Part shown: positions 20,517 through 31,763 of the stretch, piece by piece | How positions within the stretch are numbered: the first letter of the stretch is position 1 | How the letters are laid out: each line of letters begins with the position of its first letter | Assembly: GCA_000004985.1 (NCBI GenBank) | Contig: GG738861.1 | Direction: 5' to 3' (one strand) | Length of the DNA: 64,000 nt | From: Naegleria gruberi | Taxonomy: Eukaryota | Program-made: the position numbers and the translations under genes | Notes under the pieces: generated by a model | Databases searched by the model: none | The model's input: only the letters and a program-made list of their open reading frames with translations | Told to the model about the DNA's origin: nothing

Positions 20517-23000
20517 TTAGCCATCAAGTGGCGTGTGAAGCTTTATTCTCGGAGTATTTGCTACTTCCTGGTCAATCTTTGTTTCAATTTCAGCTCTCTT
20601 AACGTGCATTTGTTTCGATGGTCTGTATGCCATCTTGTGACATTTGTGAGTAATGGCATTTGGATTTGGAATTAGCTTGAAAATTTCCTCAACCTTTTCA
20701 GTGTTTTTGACAAATGAATAGGCAAGAAGTAAACAATTCCATTCGTCTATTCCTGGAGTTGCAGGTGTTCCATGCACTGCAAATGTTTGTGGGAATCTGT
20801 CGAAGAGTTGTTGCACCTTTTCATGGAGTCCCTTAAAAGCGCAAACATTCATAATACTGACATAGAGCTTTCTACTACAGTCCTTTCCGTCCTTATATTT
20901 CTCAATAACTTGGTCAAAGTATTCCAACATTTTCCCAATTGCGTTCTGATCAGCATAACATCTAATCATGATGGCATGAGTCATTGCATTTGGTTTGTTT
21001 TCTGGTCTAATCATTTTACTGAATAAAGCTTCAACATTGGAGAACATCTTCTTTCTCAAATAGCCCAGCATGAGAGTGTTATAGTTTACTGTAACTGGCT
21101 TGTCAATGCAATTGAAAATTTGATTCATTCTCGTAACTCTTGGAGGAGTTTTGGTCATTTCAGCGTTATTCAAGAATGCCATCAAATATTGGTTATAGTC
21201 GAGTGGGGAAATTGTTTGTTTCACATTCTTTGGATTGCTCTTTTCAAAGTCAGCAAGAGCTTCAAAATATTGTTTAGATTTTGCAATATTTCCTGAGGTG
21301 GCATATGCCTTAATAAGACAAGCAAAATGGCATCTATCCAAATGTTCTTTTGGTATTTGTGAAAGTGCTTCTTCCATAGAAGGATAATCCTTTGAAAGAA
21401 GATACTGTTCCATGGTACGAAGGTGTTGATAGGATTCCTTTGCAACATACTTGAGTTTGATTGATCTAATAAGATTACTATCTCTCAAAAATTGAATGGA
21501 TGAAAGAGTAGATGGGGAAAAGACTGTTGACTCCTTATATTTCTTATTAACTTCTGCAATGACTTCATCTAACAATGTATATTCTTTGGTTTGAATATAT
21601 GTATTGACAATGATTTCATATGTTGTCTTGGATAGAACATGCATTTCTCTAGCAGTTGCATAGACAGCCTTCACTGTATTGTAACGTTTGGCTCTGAGGT
21701 AAATTCCCATCAAGGTGTTATAATTTTCAATGGATGGTTCATCGATGATTTTAAAGATTTCTTTGGCCTTTTCCATTTCTCCCTTCTTTTCAAACATTTC
21801 CATGAGAATATTCCAGCTTTCTTCGTCAGGTTTTGGAATGTATTTGAACATGGAGTGAATTTCGTCATATCTACCCTGTTCCAAATATACTTCCAGCATT
21901 ATATTGAACGAGGATGTATTCTTGTGTGGAATTTCTTGGAATAATTTTTCAACTCTATCAAATACTTTTTGTCTTGCAAATATACTCATTAGAATATTAT
22001 AGTGGAAAGTATTTGGGAATTCAATAGAATAAAAGTACCTCTCAACTGGTTCCAAATTTGAACCACTTTCTTCTGCTAATTTTCTCAACTTGACTGAATG
22101 CTTTTTCAATACATTCAAATCAAACATTCTTTCAAAAATGTGTGGATCGCTAGAATCGTGTTTGATTTCTTCTTCTTCTTCCTCTTGTTCGTCTTGTTTA
22201 ACAATTTCTTCATTTAAATCTTCCTCGAAATTTACTATCTTTTCCATTTCTGGAGCAGCTGATTCCAACCCACTGGAGTAAAGTGATTGTGTCTTACTTT
22301 GAGCTTGTTTGAATTTTTTCTTGACAATTTCATCTGCTGGTTCACGTCTAGATAAGAGATCCAATAAATCATCTTCCTCTCTTTCTTTTATAACTTCATT
22401 ATCTTCTTTAATTTTCACTCTGGTAATATCATTAATTTCTCTATCAGAAAATATCCTTGAAGGTTCTTTTGGTTTGACAATACCTGCCACAGATTTTTCT
22501 CTTGCAACAAAACCAGTTAATTTTGACAGGGCTCCACCTCCGAATAAAGAACTGGCTTGCTTCTTTGCCTTTAAAGATTTCACACTTGAAGTAGAACCAG
22601 AGAAGGTTGTATTCAATTCATGTTCAAAAGAACTTTCAGAGTCCATTTCTTCCAATTGTTTTTTAGAAAAGCTCTTTGGCATATTGTTGAGAGCATGTTG
22701 TTGTTTTTGAACCTCCAACGGATCGGAAAATATGGCATTATCCATCAATTTTTGTTCTTTCAATTCTCTTCTTGATGCTTTTGGTTTTCCCGACGAGGAT
22801 TTTACCTTCTTACCAAGTGAGGCCATACTTGTATGAAAAGAATGATAATAACTAATATTGTTTTTATAAAATTGATGTGTTGTTGTTGTACTGCCACTCC
22901 TCTTCTTGAGAGCTGTTGTTGTTGCTGACTCTGCAACCTTCTTCGATAAAGCCTTGTTGAATAATAAACAAGTTGACGATGATGATGAGAATGTGTTCAT
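20517..23000 (-). CDS. Pentatricopeptide-repeat (PPR) protein with a mitochondrial-type presequence
   Basis: Tandem 35-aa helical repeats, for example SFNIMLEVYLEQGRYDEIHSMFKYIPKPDEESWNILMEMFEKKGEMEKAKEIF and VNYNTLMLGYLRKKMFSNVEALFSKMIRPENKPNAMTHAIMIRCY. The N-terminus MNTFSSSSSTCLLFNKALSKK... is basic and hydroxylated. The ORF-track start at 23030 is TTG; the ATG is at 22998..23000. Confidence 0.75.
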   Translation of the reverse strand: MNTFSSSSSTCLLFNKALSKKVAESATTTALKKRSGSTTTTHQFYKNNISYYHSFHTSMASLGKKVKSSSGKPKASRRELKEQKLMDNAIFSDPLEVQKQQHALNNMPKSFSKKQLEEMDSESSFEHELNTTFSGSTSSVKSLKAKKQASSLFGGGALSKLTGFVAREKSVAGIVKPKEPSRIFSDREINDITRVKIKEDNEVIKEREEDDLLDLLSRREPADEIVKKKFKQAQSKTQSLYSSGLESAAPEMEKIVNFEEDLNEEIVKQDEQEEEEEEIKHDSSDPHIFERMFDLNVLKKHSVKLRKLAEESGSNLEPVERYFYSIEFPNTFHYNILMSIFARQKVFDRVEKLFQEIPHKNTSSFNIMLEVYLEQGRYDEIHSMFKYIPKPDEESWNILMEMFEKKGEMEKAKEIFKIIDEPSIENYNTLMGIYLRAKRYNTVKAVYATAREMHVLSKTTYEIIVNTYIQTKEYTLLDEVIAEVNKKYKESTVFSPSTLSSIQFLRDSNLIRSIKLKYVAKESYQHLRTMEQYLLSKDYPSMEEALSQIPKEHLDRCHFACLIKAYATSGNIAKSKQYFEALADFEKSNPKNVKQTISPLDYNQYLMAFLNNAEMTKTPPRVTRMNQIFNCIDKPVTVNYNTLMLGYLRKKMFSNVEALFSKMIRPENKPNAMTHAIMIRCYADQNAIGKMLEYFDQVIEKYKDGKDCSRKLYVSIMNVCAFKGLHEKVQQLFDRFPQTFAVHGTPATPGIDEWNCLLLAYSFVKNTEKVEEIFKLIPNPNAITHKCHKMAYRPSKQMHVKRAEIETKIDQEVANTPRIKLHTPLDG

Positions 23001-23261
23001 TTTTTTTTCAAATAGGAACGAACACAACAATATTTTGATTGAAGTTTAATTTACTATTGATTTTGATTGTTATTAATATGATTTTATTCTTAAATTTTTT
23101 GTAGACAAATATTACATCGTAGTCGTGATGGATTGTTTTATATCATTTCGCAGTGATGGTTACCATCGATGATAAATAAATTATTTGGTTTGTGATGATA
23201 CAAAAAGTAGTGGGTAGAGCAAAATTGAAGGCGCCAAAAATATTTTTATTTTTAAAAAAAA

Positions 23262-24929
23262 ATGCCTCAGCTTGGTAAACGGAAGGCCAAGAAGGAAGAA
23301 ACTGATAGTAGTGGTTCGGATAGTGAAGATCAAGGAGGAGAGGAAATGACTTGTCTGGAAAATCCTCCAATTTCCGAGATTTTGTGGAATTTTTTAATTG
23401 TAAATTATGAGCAGACTGATATGAAGAAACAAGCAACAAATGTTTGCAAGATCATTTTAAAAACGTTAAAATCAGAAAAATTACCAAAACCCGAGGAAAA
23501 TGATGGAAAATATAAGGAAGTATATTCAAAGTACACAAAACTGGATCAGGAGGCTAAACTGAATATTGTTGACATTTTCGGAAGAAGTTTACTGGAGAAA
23601 CAATTTGATCACCTATTCCAAGTGATCACTAAGGAGTATATATTTAAAGATTTTAGTGCCGAGAGTATGTTTGAATTATTAAAGAAGGAAATTGATGATT
23701 CCACATCAATAATATTCAGACCTGATTTTGATGATCTGTACTCTGGTGTAGATCAATCAAAATCTGAAAAGCTTTCAAAACCTTCTAAAAAATCAGGAAA
23801 TAACAATAGAAAGCAAAACAATCAAACTGATGATGAAAGATGCTCCAGAGTTGTTATGGTCACAACTTCTACTCAAATATTGGGGCCTGATCTCGGTTCA
23901 TCTGCATCAGGTTCTTCAAATAAGGGAAATGAACAGACTGCTCTTCGTTTTGAAATCGTTTTCAATGATGGATCAGTTGATAGCTTGCAAAAACTATTGG
24001 CTGCCAAGAACATTTATGGTAAACAATTGCCAAAGATGCCTAAGGATTACATTGCCAGATTGGTTTTTGACAGAAGTCACAGAACCATTGTAGGTTTACA
24101 AAATGGACAAATTGTAGGTGGTATCAGTTTTAGACCATTCTTTCCACAAGGATTTTCTGAAATTGCTTTCTGTGCCATTACAGGTAACGAACAAGTTAAA
24201 GGTTATGGTACAAAACTTATGAACCATTTAAAGGACTATTGTCAAACGATTGGTTGTTATAGATTTTTAACATATGCGGACAACTTTGCCATTGGTTATT
24301 TCAAGAAACAAGGTTTTACAAAAGAAATTTCACTAGACGAAAAGAGATATAAGGGCTACATTAAGGATTACGATGGAGGTACACTCATGGAATGTGTGAT
24401 AAGAACAGACATTAATTATTTGGACGTACCAATTATGATTGTAAAACAAAAGCAAGCACTCCAACTAAAGCTGAAAGAAGTTTCCAACTCTGACAAGGTT
24501 TATCCAGGTATTAAATTATTTAAAAATGGTGGCAAGATAAATGGCCCAGAAGATGTGCCTGGCCTTCAAGAGATTGGTTATCAACAAGAAACCAGATCAA
24601 GAGATCACAAACTTCATGCTGCATTTGTGGAGGTGTTGGAAAAACTAAAACGACATGAACATTCTTGGCCATTCTTAGAGCCAGTTGATCCAGAAGAAGT
24701 TCCAGATTATTACGATGTTATCAAGTTACCAATTGATTTATCGACAATTGAACAACGTTTGAAAAAGGATTACTATCGTACTAAGGATATATTTGTAAGC
24801 GATGTCAGATTAATCTTTGAGAATTGCAGAACTTACAACTCTGAACAAACAGAATATTATTCTGCTGCTAACAAATTAGAGGAATACTTTAAAACAATTA
24901 TGAGCAAGATTTTACAACAGAAAAATTAA
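23262..24929 (+). CDS. GCN5: Histone acetyltransferase GCN5 (GNAT catalytic domain plus C-terminal bromodomain) with an N-terminal extension of about 260 aa
   Basis: ISFRPFFPQGFSEIAFCAITGNEQVKGYGTKLMNHLKDYCQ is the acetyl-CoA motif A (Q/R-x-x-G-x-G/A). The bromodomain is WPFLEPVDPEEVPDYYDVIKLPIDLSTIEQRL...YNSEQTEYY. It is a single exon. Confidence 0.9.
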   Translation: MPQLGKRKAKKEETDSSGSDSEDQGGEEMTCLENPPISEILWNFLIVNYEQTDMKKQATNVCKIILKTLKSEKLPKPEENDGKYKEVYSKYTKLDQEAKLNIVDIFGRSLLEKQFDHLFQVITKEYIFKDFSAESMFELLKKEIDDSTSIIFRPDFDDLYSGVDQSKSEKLSKPSKKSGNNNRKQNNQTDDERCSRVVMVTTSTQILGPDLGSSASGSSNKGNEQTALRFEIVFNDGSVDSLQKLLAAKNIYGKQLPKMPKDYIARLVFDRSHRTIVGLQNGQIVGGISFRPFFPQGFSEIAFCAITGNEQVKGYGTKLMNHLKDYCQTIGCYRFLTYADNFAIGYFKKQGFTKEISLDEKRYKGYIKDYDGGTLMECVIRTDINYLDVPIMIVKQKQALQLKLKEVSNSDKVYPGIKLFKNGGKINGPEDVPGLQEIGYQQETRSRDHKLHAAFVEVLEKLKRHEHSWPFLEPVDPEEVPDYYDVIKLPIDLSTIEQRLKKDYYRTKDIFVSDVRLIFENCRTYNSEQTEYYSAANKLEEYFKTIMSKILQQKN

Positions 24930-24984
24930 ATTATTACTATTTCATTAATTCTTTCGTATTTACATTTATTAAGTTTTCATCCAA

Positions 24985-26383
24985 TTAATACAACTTATTG
25001 ACCTTTCCAACAAATAACACCACATCATCTCTCTTCAACACAAACGCAAATGGACGATCAATAACAAAATCTCTCTGATCCAACTCATCCACAATCGAAG
25101 TCGTCCGTCCAACAATAATAGAAGCAGTAGCAGCAGCTGCCTCAGTTCCCAATTCATCGACACGAATGTAGGCCTTGTGGAAGATTTTATCAATCCACAA
25201 TTGCATGAGAGGTTTCATTGGGTGATCGGGTTGGATCATGGCTGAGAAGTTGGCAGCCTCTCTTTCGAAGGAGGTTATCATTTTGAAATCACCATTCTCG
25301 TCCTTGAGAATATTGGAAAGTTCAGATTCAAATTCGAGTTTAAATTTTGGAATTCTAACGAGACGCATATTAGTTTGAGTGGTTGTAAAGACGGGAGTCG
25401 AGCTGGAGAGTGAGTTGGCAATGAATTGGTCAAAATTCTTATCAGTTGCAGCTGAGAATGGAAGATTAAATTTGGAAACAATAAAAGTCATTTGATAATT
25501 GGTGTTGGAATAGGGCAAGGTCAACCAATTGTATTCATCGTTATCGCCAAACATTTCGAAAACATCCCTCTTGATCATGTATGGAACTTGTTGTTGAAGA
25601 ATTTCATTGGTGATTCTACAAGTTTCGAATATGTGAAAAAATACACTTATATACTTACGAAAGTTGCTTAAATGAGGCATTTGTTGTCATATCCTTACTG
25701 AATGGAGATTGCCACTCTCCTAAAAAGTAAATTGCATTTACCAACACTAACTTGGTATCACTTGTAATTGCACCCACAGGAATCAACTCTTTAATAAGCT
25801 GATTCGTTCTATCCGAAACAAATGAATTAATATCAACTCTTTCAGCCTCTGCATTCCCAGAAAAATCAGCCGATTTCACATTCGAGTGAAAATCATCTCT
25901 TATCAATTGTAAATAATCATAACTCAATGGATAACTCTTCTCAATGTAAATTCCATTGGCAACACTGAGAATTGAATCATTTGTTGTGGTGATGAGAGAA
26001 CTCCACTCATGAGAATAATCCTTAATAGATTGTTCGAATTGAGTGACATTCTCAGGTTGATTTAGAGAAAGGAAGGAAGTATCTTGTGGAAAACCAAGTG
26101 CAAGTGCAATTTCATTAAAGGTTTCATTTCTGGCACCAATCATGGTCATGGAGAGGACGGTATGAATGGAAAATGGTGAGTAGACAAGATTTTGAGGTGC
26201 TTGTTGATTTGAAGTGCTGCTGTTGTTGGTTGGAATGAGAAAAGATTGATAGAGTTTTGAACTGAAAACAGAGATTGCACGTGGAATTTGGAATTGTTGG
26301 CAACTGACTCCTAATATAAAAACAGATAATAGGTAAATCAAAAAGATTAAACGTTGAGTCATTTTGTTGAAAGATATTTTCAT
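24985..26383 (-). CDS. Secreted serpin with an inhibitory-type reactive-centre loop (two exons)
   Basis: A signal peptide is followed by serpin core motifs: NLVYSPFSIHTVLSMTMIGARNET, LVLVNAIYFLGEWQSPF and RLVRIPKFKLEFESEL. The hinge is VDELGTEAAAATASIIVGRTTS and the C-terminus is DRPFAFVL...LFVGKVNKL. ORFs 25655..26383 and 24985..25680 join across a 43-nt GTAAGT...TAG intron (about 25616..25658). Confidence 0.85.
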
Positions 26384-26475
26384 TTCCTTTTGATTTTTGG
26401 TAATGCCTTTATAGAAAATGGGCCTCTTCCATTTTGGGTGATTTGCTGTTTGTGTCTTTTTGATTTATTAATAAA

Positions 26476-29400
26476 TTAATTTTCATCAGTCACTATTTGT
26501 CTGGATAACATTGGGTGGTTTTTTACACATTTCACTCTGGAAGCAAATGTTAGAGTAGAGATTGTCTCAGAAACACTCTTTTTATCTGGTGATACGTTGG
26601 CAAACATGAGAGTTTTGGAATTGCCTCCAATCATATCTTGTAACATGAGAGTGAGTTTAGAATTTCTATATGGAATGTGCTTTTGGTGAGTAGAGAGGGC
26701 TGCAATCACATCTCCCAATGCTGAGAGACTCTTATTAATATGCTGAGCTTCTTTAAATCTATCACCAATGGAATTCGATCTGGAAACTCGCTCAGAACCA
26801 GCCAAATCAACAAAGGCAATCTTACTTTCCTTTTTGAATAGTCTTCCTTGTGGGTTGAGAGAGGTTGGTTGAGTATATCCTTCCATACTGATTTTGATAG
26901 TAAAGATAGTGTGTGACCTTGAGGACTGATCATTCATGTCAGTTTTGGAAATTTGCTTTACCTCATTTCCAAATTCCAATAATCTAACCAAATCATTTGG
27001 ATGATACACATCTACTTCGATACAGTTTGTGACAGACATCTTACCGTTCTTTGATTGTCTGAGTTGTGGAGGCTTTCTCTTATCTGTGGCCTTAAATTGA
27101 TTCTCTGAATCTTGATATTTTTCAAAGAGATCGTTCAAAGTGTCAAGATACAATTCAACCATGCTGCATGAGATGGAGAAAGCCTCAGTCCTTGAGCACA
27201 TTTGTTTTTCTAAAGAATAGAACAGATAGTCAGCTGTTCTTTGAATTAATCCACATTGGTTAGATTGATCCTCCCCATGAATGGTAAAGGTTTTACCACT
27301 TCCCGTTTGGCCATAAGCAAAAATACACAAATTGTAGCCATCAAGTGCGCTCTGAAGCATTGGTTTCACGTGCTCAAAAACATCCTCTTGGGAAATGTTT
27401 TCATCAAGCACCTTAAAGAAGTCATACTCTTTCAGTCCTAGATTTTGACTTCCAACAGTGATAGTTGTATCATCTTTAATGTCTATCCTTCCATTTGAAA
27501 GGTCAGTCGCCTGTTCATCCCCTATTAAAGGCCTCATTCTTACTATTACTCGAATATTTCCCTTCATATCTTCCACAAGATTGTGCAAGGACTTTCTCTT
27601 TTTAACTTCCTCTTCGAATAAATTTCTAAGAGCATTATAATCTGAATAGAGGTCATTATACCTCTTTTCAATTAAAGCTCGCTCCTTTGCAGCTTCCATT
27701 ATTAAACTTGCAGTATCATAATCACCTCTCATTAATTTTCCAATTTGATTCTTTAAATTTTCAATTGCATATTCTGCAGAATCAACAAACTTCTTATCTG
27801 ACTCTATCTTTTGATTAGCAACTTCAAGCTCTGTTTCTATTTGGTCAATGATATTCTGAGATTCTATCCTTTCTTGTTGTTGAACCAATTTCAGAATTTC
27901 TATTTCTTCCGCCCAATTTCTTAAAATTGTATCCTTCTCTCTATTCCATGCTACTTGTTTTTCAATTTCAAACTTGTTTCTCCAAACTTGAGATTCTTGA
28001 ACTAGTTCATTTTTCAATTGCGTTGCAGAATTCTCCATCTGCACAATTTTCCCATCTCTTTCCCTGATGCTAGCTTGCAGTTCGGCCAGTTGTTGCTTGA
28101 GTTTTGTAATGTCTTCTGAAGCTGCTCCTCCTCTTGTTCCGTAAGGTGTTTTTTGTATATCTTTCTCTGATAACAATTCCTTCCTTAGCCTTGTATTTTC
28201 AGTCATTAACTCCTGCCTATCTTCATTTGCCTTTTGTAGAATCTCCTTCTTTTCAGAAGCATACTTCCTTGACAGTTTCAATTTCTCGTCATTCATTTGA
28301 TTTTGAAAATGTTTTTCAAGAGCCATTCTTATGGTTTTTTCTCTCTCAGCCTCAACATCTGACATTTTGAATCTAGGAGAAAAGACTGAGTCTCTAGGAG
28401 GGCTGCTTGAAAATGATACAATATAGGAGGAGGTATTCATACTCATGTTATTCCTTGGTTCAGTCTTGGTTGCTTCATTATCTCTAGTGGGATTAATAAA
28501 ACTGTTGATAAAAGAATCATCCAGATCATATTCTTCATTTCGATCCTCAGATTGTGAAGAAGATAACTTTGGAGAAAGTTGTTTTGCAATAGGTGAAGGG
28601 GATTTCGAATCGTTTTGGTATGGTTGATTTGGGGAGGATAATTGTTGAGGAGGAGAGTCGTGTTGAAGGGGTTGCTTACTTGGTGAAGTGAGCTTGTTTG
28701 GAGACGGAGTTTTTGGAGGTCTTGGTTGCTCTTCTTCGAGAAGCATTTCATCATTTTGTTGTTGATTTACCTTATTCGGAGACTGCCTCTTTTCGATTTG
28801 ATTTTCATATTGCTTTCTTTGAGAAATATGGACAAGAATGAGCACAGTTTTATCTGACAAGCTCAAAGATGATCCTGTTACATGGTCCTCGAGCGGTTTA
28901 GAAACTGAGATTTCTTGTGTAGGTACAGAGGCGTAAAGTACTTGCTCCTCAACTGGTACATTTACAACTCGGTGAAGATTGGATTTAATCTTGTAAACCT
29001 TCAATTTGTTCACATCCTTATATTTGATCAGAATTTTGTAATTCTTTTGTGTAATTGTCGAAAAAACTGTAAATGAAAATTTCTCTTCACCTTGATTTGA
29101 AATAGCAGGTTGGGCGACAACTTTTTCTACCTTTTCAGGTGACACTTTCAAATTTTCTTTAGTAATTGTTTGTGGAATAATATTAGGATTTTGAGGTTGT
29201 AGAACGGAGGGTGTTTTCTTTTTGGTGACAAGTTCAAAAGATACCTTCTTGGAAGGTGTCTTATTAGGAGTCTTTCCTTGATGGGTTGGTGCTTCCACAT
29301 TCTCATCATTAGACTTATTGTACAGCATCTTCTTTAAGCCACCAAAACTTGTCTTGTTTGGAGTGATGACACCGTTTGTTGATGTGGTAAGAGATGATTT

Positions 29401-29760
29401 GTTAGTGTTGGAAGGAGTTAGAGTTGAGGAAGATTTGGTGATTGGGAGAGGGGAGGATTGATTCGCCAAATCATTTAATATCGAGAGTGTATCTTGTTCA
29501 GGTTTTTGTTGCACTTGTTGATCGGAATTTATCATCATCACACCACCAGCCTTAGTATTGTTATTCTTGTTGGGAATATTGGAGGGAATGATGAGTGAAG
29601 ATTCTCTGATCCATGAGCCTGATGATGGTGTCGATGAGGAATTATTGATTGTATTTGAAGAGGGTAAACTTGATGTAGACTTCCTCAATGCCCAAATGTT
29701 AGCCTTGTTGGGTGTTGTACTTCCGGAGACTACTCTTGTTGTGGAAGAGGGACGTTGCAT
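26476..29760 (-). CDS. Kinesin-14 (C-terminal motor, minus-end-directed class)
   Basis: The motor sits at the C-terminus after a long low-complexity and coiled-coil region. The neck is LVEDMKGNIRVIVRMRPL. The P-loop is FAYGQTGSGKTFT, switch I is SSRSHTIF and switch II is VDLAGSER. The ORF-track first codon at 29853 is TTG; the ATG is at 29758..29760. Confidence 0.85.
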   Translation of the reverse strand: MQRPSSTTRVVSGSTTPNKANIWALRKSTSSLPSSNTINNSSSTPSSGSWIRESSLIIPSNIPNKNNNTKAGGVMMINSDQQVQQKPEQDTLSILNDLANQSSPLPITKSSSTLTPSNTNKSSLTTSTNGVITPNKTSFGGLKKMLYNKSNDENVEAPTHQGKTPNKTPSKKVSFELVTKKKTPSVLQPQNPNIIPQTITKENLKVSPEKVEKVVAQPAISNQGEEKFSFTVFSTITQKNYKILIKYKDVNKLKVYKIKSNLHRVVNVPVEEQVLYASVPTQEISVSKPLEDHVTGSSLSLSDKTVLILVHISQRKQYENQIEKRQSPNKVNQQQNDEMLLEEEQPRPPKTPSPNKLTSPSKQPLQHDSPPQQLSSPNQPYQNDSKSPSPIAKQLSPKLSSSQSEDRNEEYDLDDSFINSFINPTRDNEATKTEPRNNMSMNTSSYIVSFSSSPPRDSVFSPRFKMSDVEAEREKTIRMALEKHFQNQMNDEKLKLSRKYASEKKEILQKANEDRQELMTENTRLRKELLSEKDIQKTPYGTRGGAASEDITKLKQQLAELQASIRERDGKIVQMENSATQLKNELVQESQVWRNKFEIEKQVAWNREKDTILRNWAEEIEILKLVQQQERIESQNIIDQIETELEVANQKIESDKKFVDSAEYAIENLKNQIGKLMRGDYDTASLIMEAAKERALIEKRYNDLYSDYNALRNLFEEEVKKRKSLHNLVEDMKGNIRVIVRMRPLIGDEQATDLSNGRIDIKDDTTITVGSQNLGLKEYDFFKVLDENISQEDVFEHVKPMLQSALDGYNLCIFAYGQTGSGKTFTIHGEDQSNQCGLIQRTADYLFYSLEKQMCSRTEAFSISCSMVELYLDTLNDLFEKYQDSENQFKATDKRKPPQLRQSKNGKMSVTNCIEVDVYHPNDLVRLLEFGNEVKQISKTDMNDQSSRSHTIFTIKISMEGYTQPTSLNPQGRLFKKESKIAFVDLAGSERVSRSNSIGDRFKEAQHINKSLSALGDVIAALSTHQKHIPYRNSKLTLMLQDMIGGNSKTLMFANVSPDKKSVSETISTLTFASRVKCVKNHPMLSRQIVTDEN

Positions 29761-29904
29761 CCTTTTTTTATGAGATGAATTTTCGTTTTTACTTTTTGGC
29801 GCCAAATAAAAGGAGGCAATTTTCAAGTAATAAGAATACCCAACTTCTAACAATGATTGCTTAATATTATATTATTTTAATATCATTTTATATTTTACAA
29901 TTGT

Positions 29905-31389
29905 TTAAATATTATCCTCAAAGGATTCTTCAATCAGGACTAATCTGCTAATGTTGATTGGTTGAGCTTCTGGTGTTGATTTCTTTTCAACTAGAGGCTT
30001 TAATTCCTTCTTCTCATAGAGATGAGCATAGTTTTTCTTGTGATCCTTTTGGAGCGACTCCAATAATGATGTGAAATTCTCCTTAAATCCTTCAACATCT
30101 CTAGGCAGTGTATTGAAAAAATTGGAAATACTCTTCTTCTTTGTTGTCATGATATTGTCTAATTTGGAAATAAATTGTTTCACTTGTGAAAGACTCTTCT
30201 TGTACTTGTTATCAAAATCCTGTATGACATTATTTTGCTGTTGAGTTAATGAAATCAAATGAGTTTTCCTCATCTTTTCCAATTCTCTCTTTCCAGATAA
30301 AATTCTTTGACTCAACACTTCAATTTCTTGTCTATGTCTACTCTCCACGAACACCAATTTCTTTTTTAATTTTTCCTCTTGATTCTTCTCGAATTGCTCA
30401 ATTTCTTTAATTTCTAAAGGCAGTAATTGTTTTCTAGCAGCTTCAGCTTGTCGATACTCCTTTGATTTGACCAGTGTTACAATTTTGGCTCTTTGGTCAA
30501 GAACATTCTTAGAGAACTTTGGTTTATGCACATGGAGTTGAGATCGAAGAACTCTTTCAGTTTGTGCTAGTTCAGATTTTTGTCTTTCAATAGTATTTTT
30601 CAATAATTCCTTAGATTGATTCTCGAATAACTTTTGCTTTTGATCCCATGTGATATCAAATGCGTCCATATCCATGGCCAACACTGACATGATTTCAATT
30701 CTTAATAATTCTCCTAATTTTACAAATGACAATTCTATTTTACCTGCTTCCTTCCTGTATACATCAACAATTTTCTGATGGACTTGTTCTGCTTGAACAA
30801 AATAACCTTCCTCTTCAAGAACCAATCGCTGTTCTTCTAATTCTTCAATCAATAAGCTTAATTGGTCTTGAGTGAATAAAATATCGTTTGGATCTTGAAC
30901 TATTGAATGTCTGATCGGATTCACCAATGGTTTTCTCTCAGACTTTGGTGATGTGATAGTTGATGGTGTTTCATCTCTATAAGAACTCACAGAAGAAGGT
31001 GATAAATCGACTGGAGCTGCAGAAGTCTTCGATGGTGTGACGATCGATGTATTAGTATTGGTTGAGGAGGATGGTAATTCTGAGGTCGGTTTTGTTGGTA
31101 CAGATGATGAAACCTTTTTAACAGGTTCTCCAGAAAGCTGTTGAGCAACAACTTTTGCCTTCTTTTCTTGTTCTTTTATCGTTCCATTCAGAAGGGCAAT
31201 CTCCTTCTTTAACTTTTCAATCTTATCTTCATCACTCATATCCAATTCTTCTTCAGTTACCTTACCCATCATAATCCCAGCCAATTCATCATTATCCCTC
31301 CAAAGTGTAACATCATCTTCGAGTATTATTTCACCACTATCATCATAATTTTGTTCCCTCTCGGCAGCAATTAAGCTCTCACTCTCCAT
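29905..31389 (-). CDS. Hypothetical coiled-coil protein (494 aa)
   Basis: A complete ORF with a genuine ATG. It has an acidic N-terminus, a Ser/Thr/Pro-rich linker and extended heptad-rich Lys/Glu segments. No family recognised. Confidence 0.4.
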   Translation of the reverse strand: MESESLIAAEREQNYDDSGEIILEDDVTLWRDNDELAGIMMGKVTEEELDMSDEDKIEKLKKEIALLNGTIKEQEKKAKVVAQQLSGEPVKKVSSSVPTKPTSELPSSSTNTNTSIVTPSKTSAAPVDLSPSSVSSYRDETPSTITSPKSERKPLVNPIRHSIVQDPNDILFTQDQLSLLIEELEEQRLVLEEEGYFVQAEQVHQKIVDVYRKEAGKIELSFVKLGELLRIEIMSVLAMDMDAFDITWDQKQKLFENQSKELLKNTIERQKSELAQTERVLRSQLHVHKPKFSKNVLDQRAKIVTLVKSKEYRQAEAARKQLLPLEIKEIEQFEKNQEEKLKKKLVFVESRHRQEIEVLSQRILSGKRELEKMRKTHLISLTQQQNNVIQDFDNKYKKSLSQVKQFISKLDNIMTTKKKSISNFFNTLPRDVEGFKENFTSLLESLQKDHKKNYAHLYEKKELKPLVEKKSTPEAQPINISRLVLIEESFEDNI

Positions 31390-31763
31390 TATTATTATTT
31401 GTATATTTTACCTAGTTGTATATTATATCTGTAAGTTATCAGCAGTAAACAACAATTTTATATTGCTCCACTTTGGCCTCAATCCCTTAGAAAACACAAG
31501 CAATATAGTAAAAGTTGATGCGTTCTTTCCCTCTCTTAATGGAAGTTAAGGTTTTATAATTTTTTTTTAAAAAATGTAACTGTTACGCAAGCCTTTGCAA
31601 AGAATCAAACTCTCAATGATGAGCATGTACTGTAGTAACTAACAAACTTAATTCAAAAAACATGAGAGAAGAAATTATTTCATATGGAAGATAATTATGA
31701 TTGGAAAAATCAAAACCTTCAAGTACTGGAAGACGATTATTATAATCAATTTAATTCAAAAAA

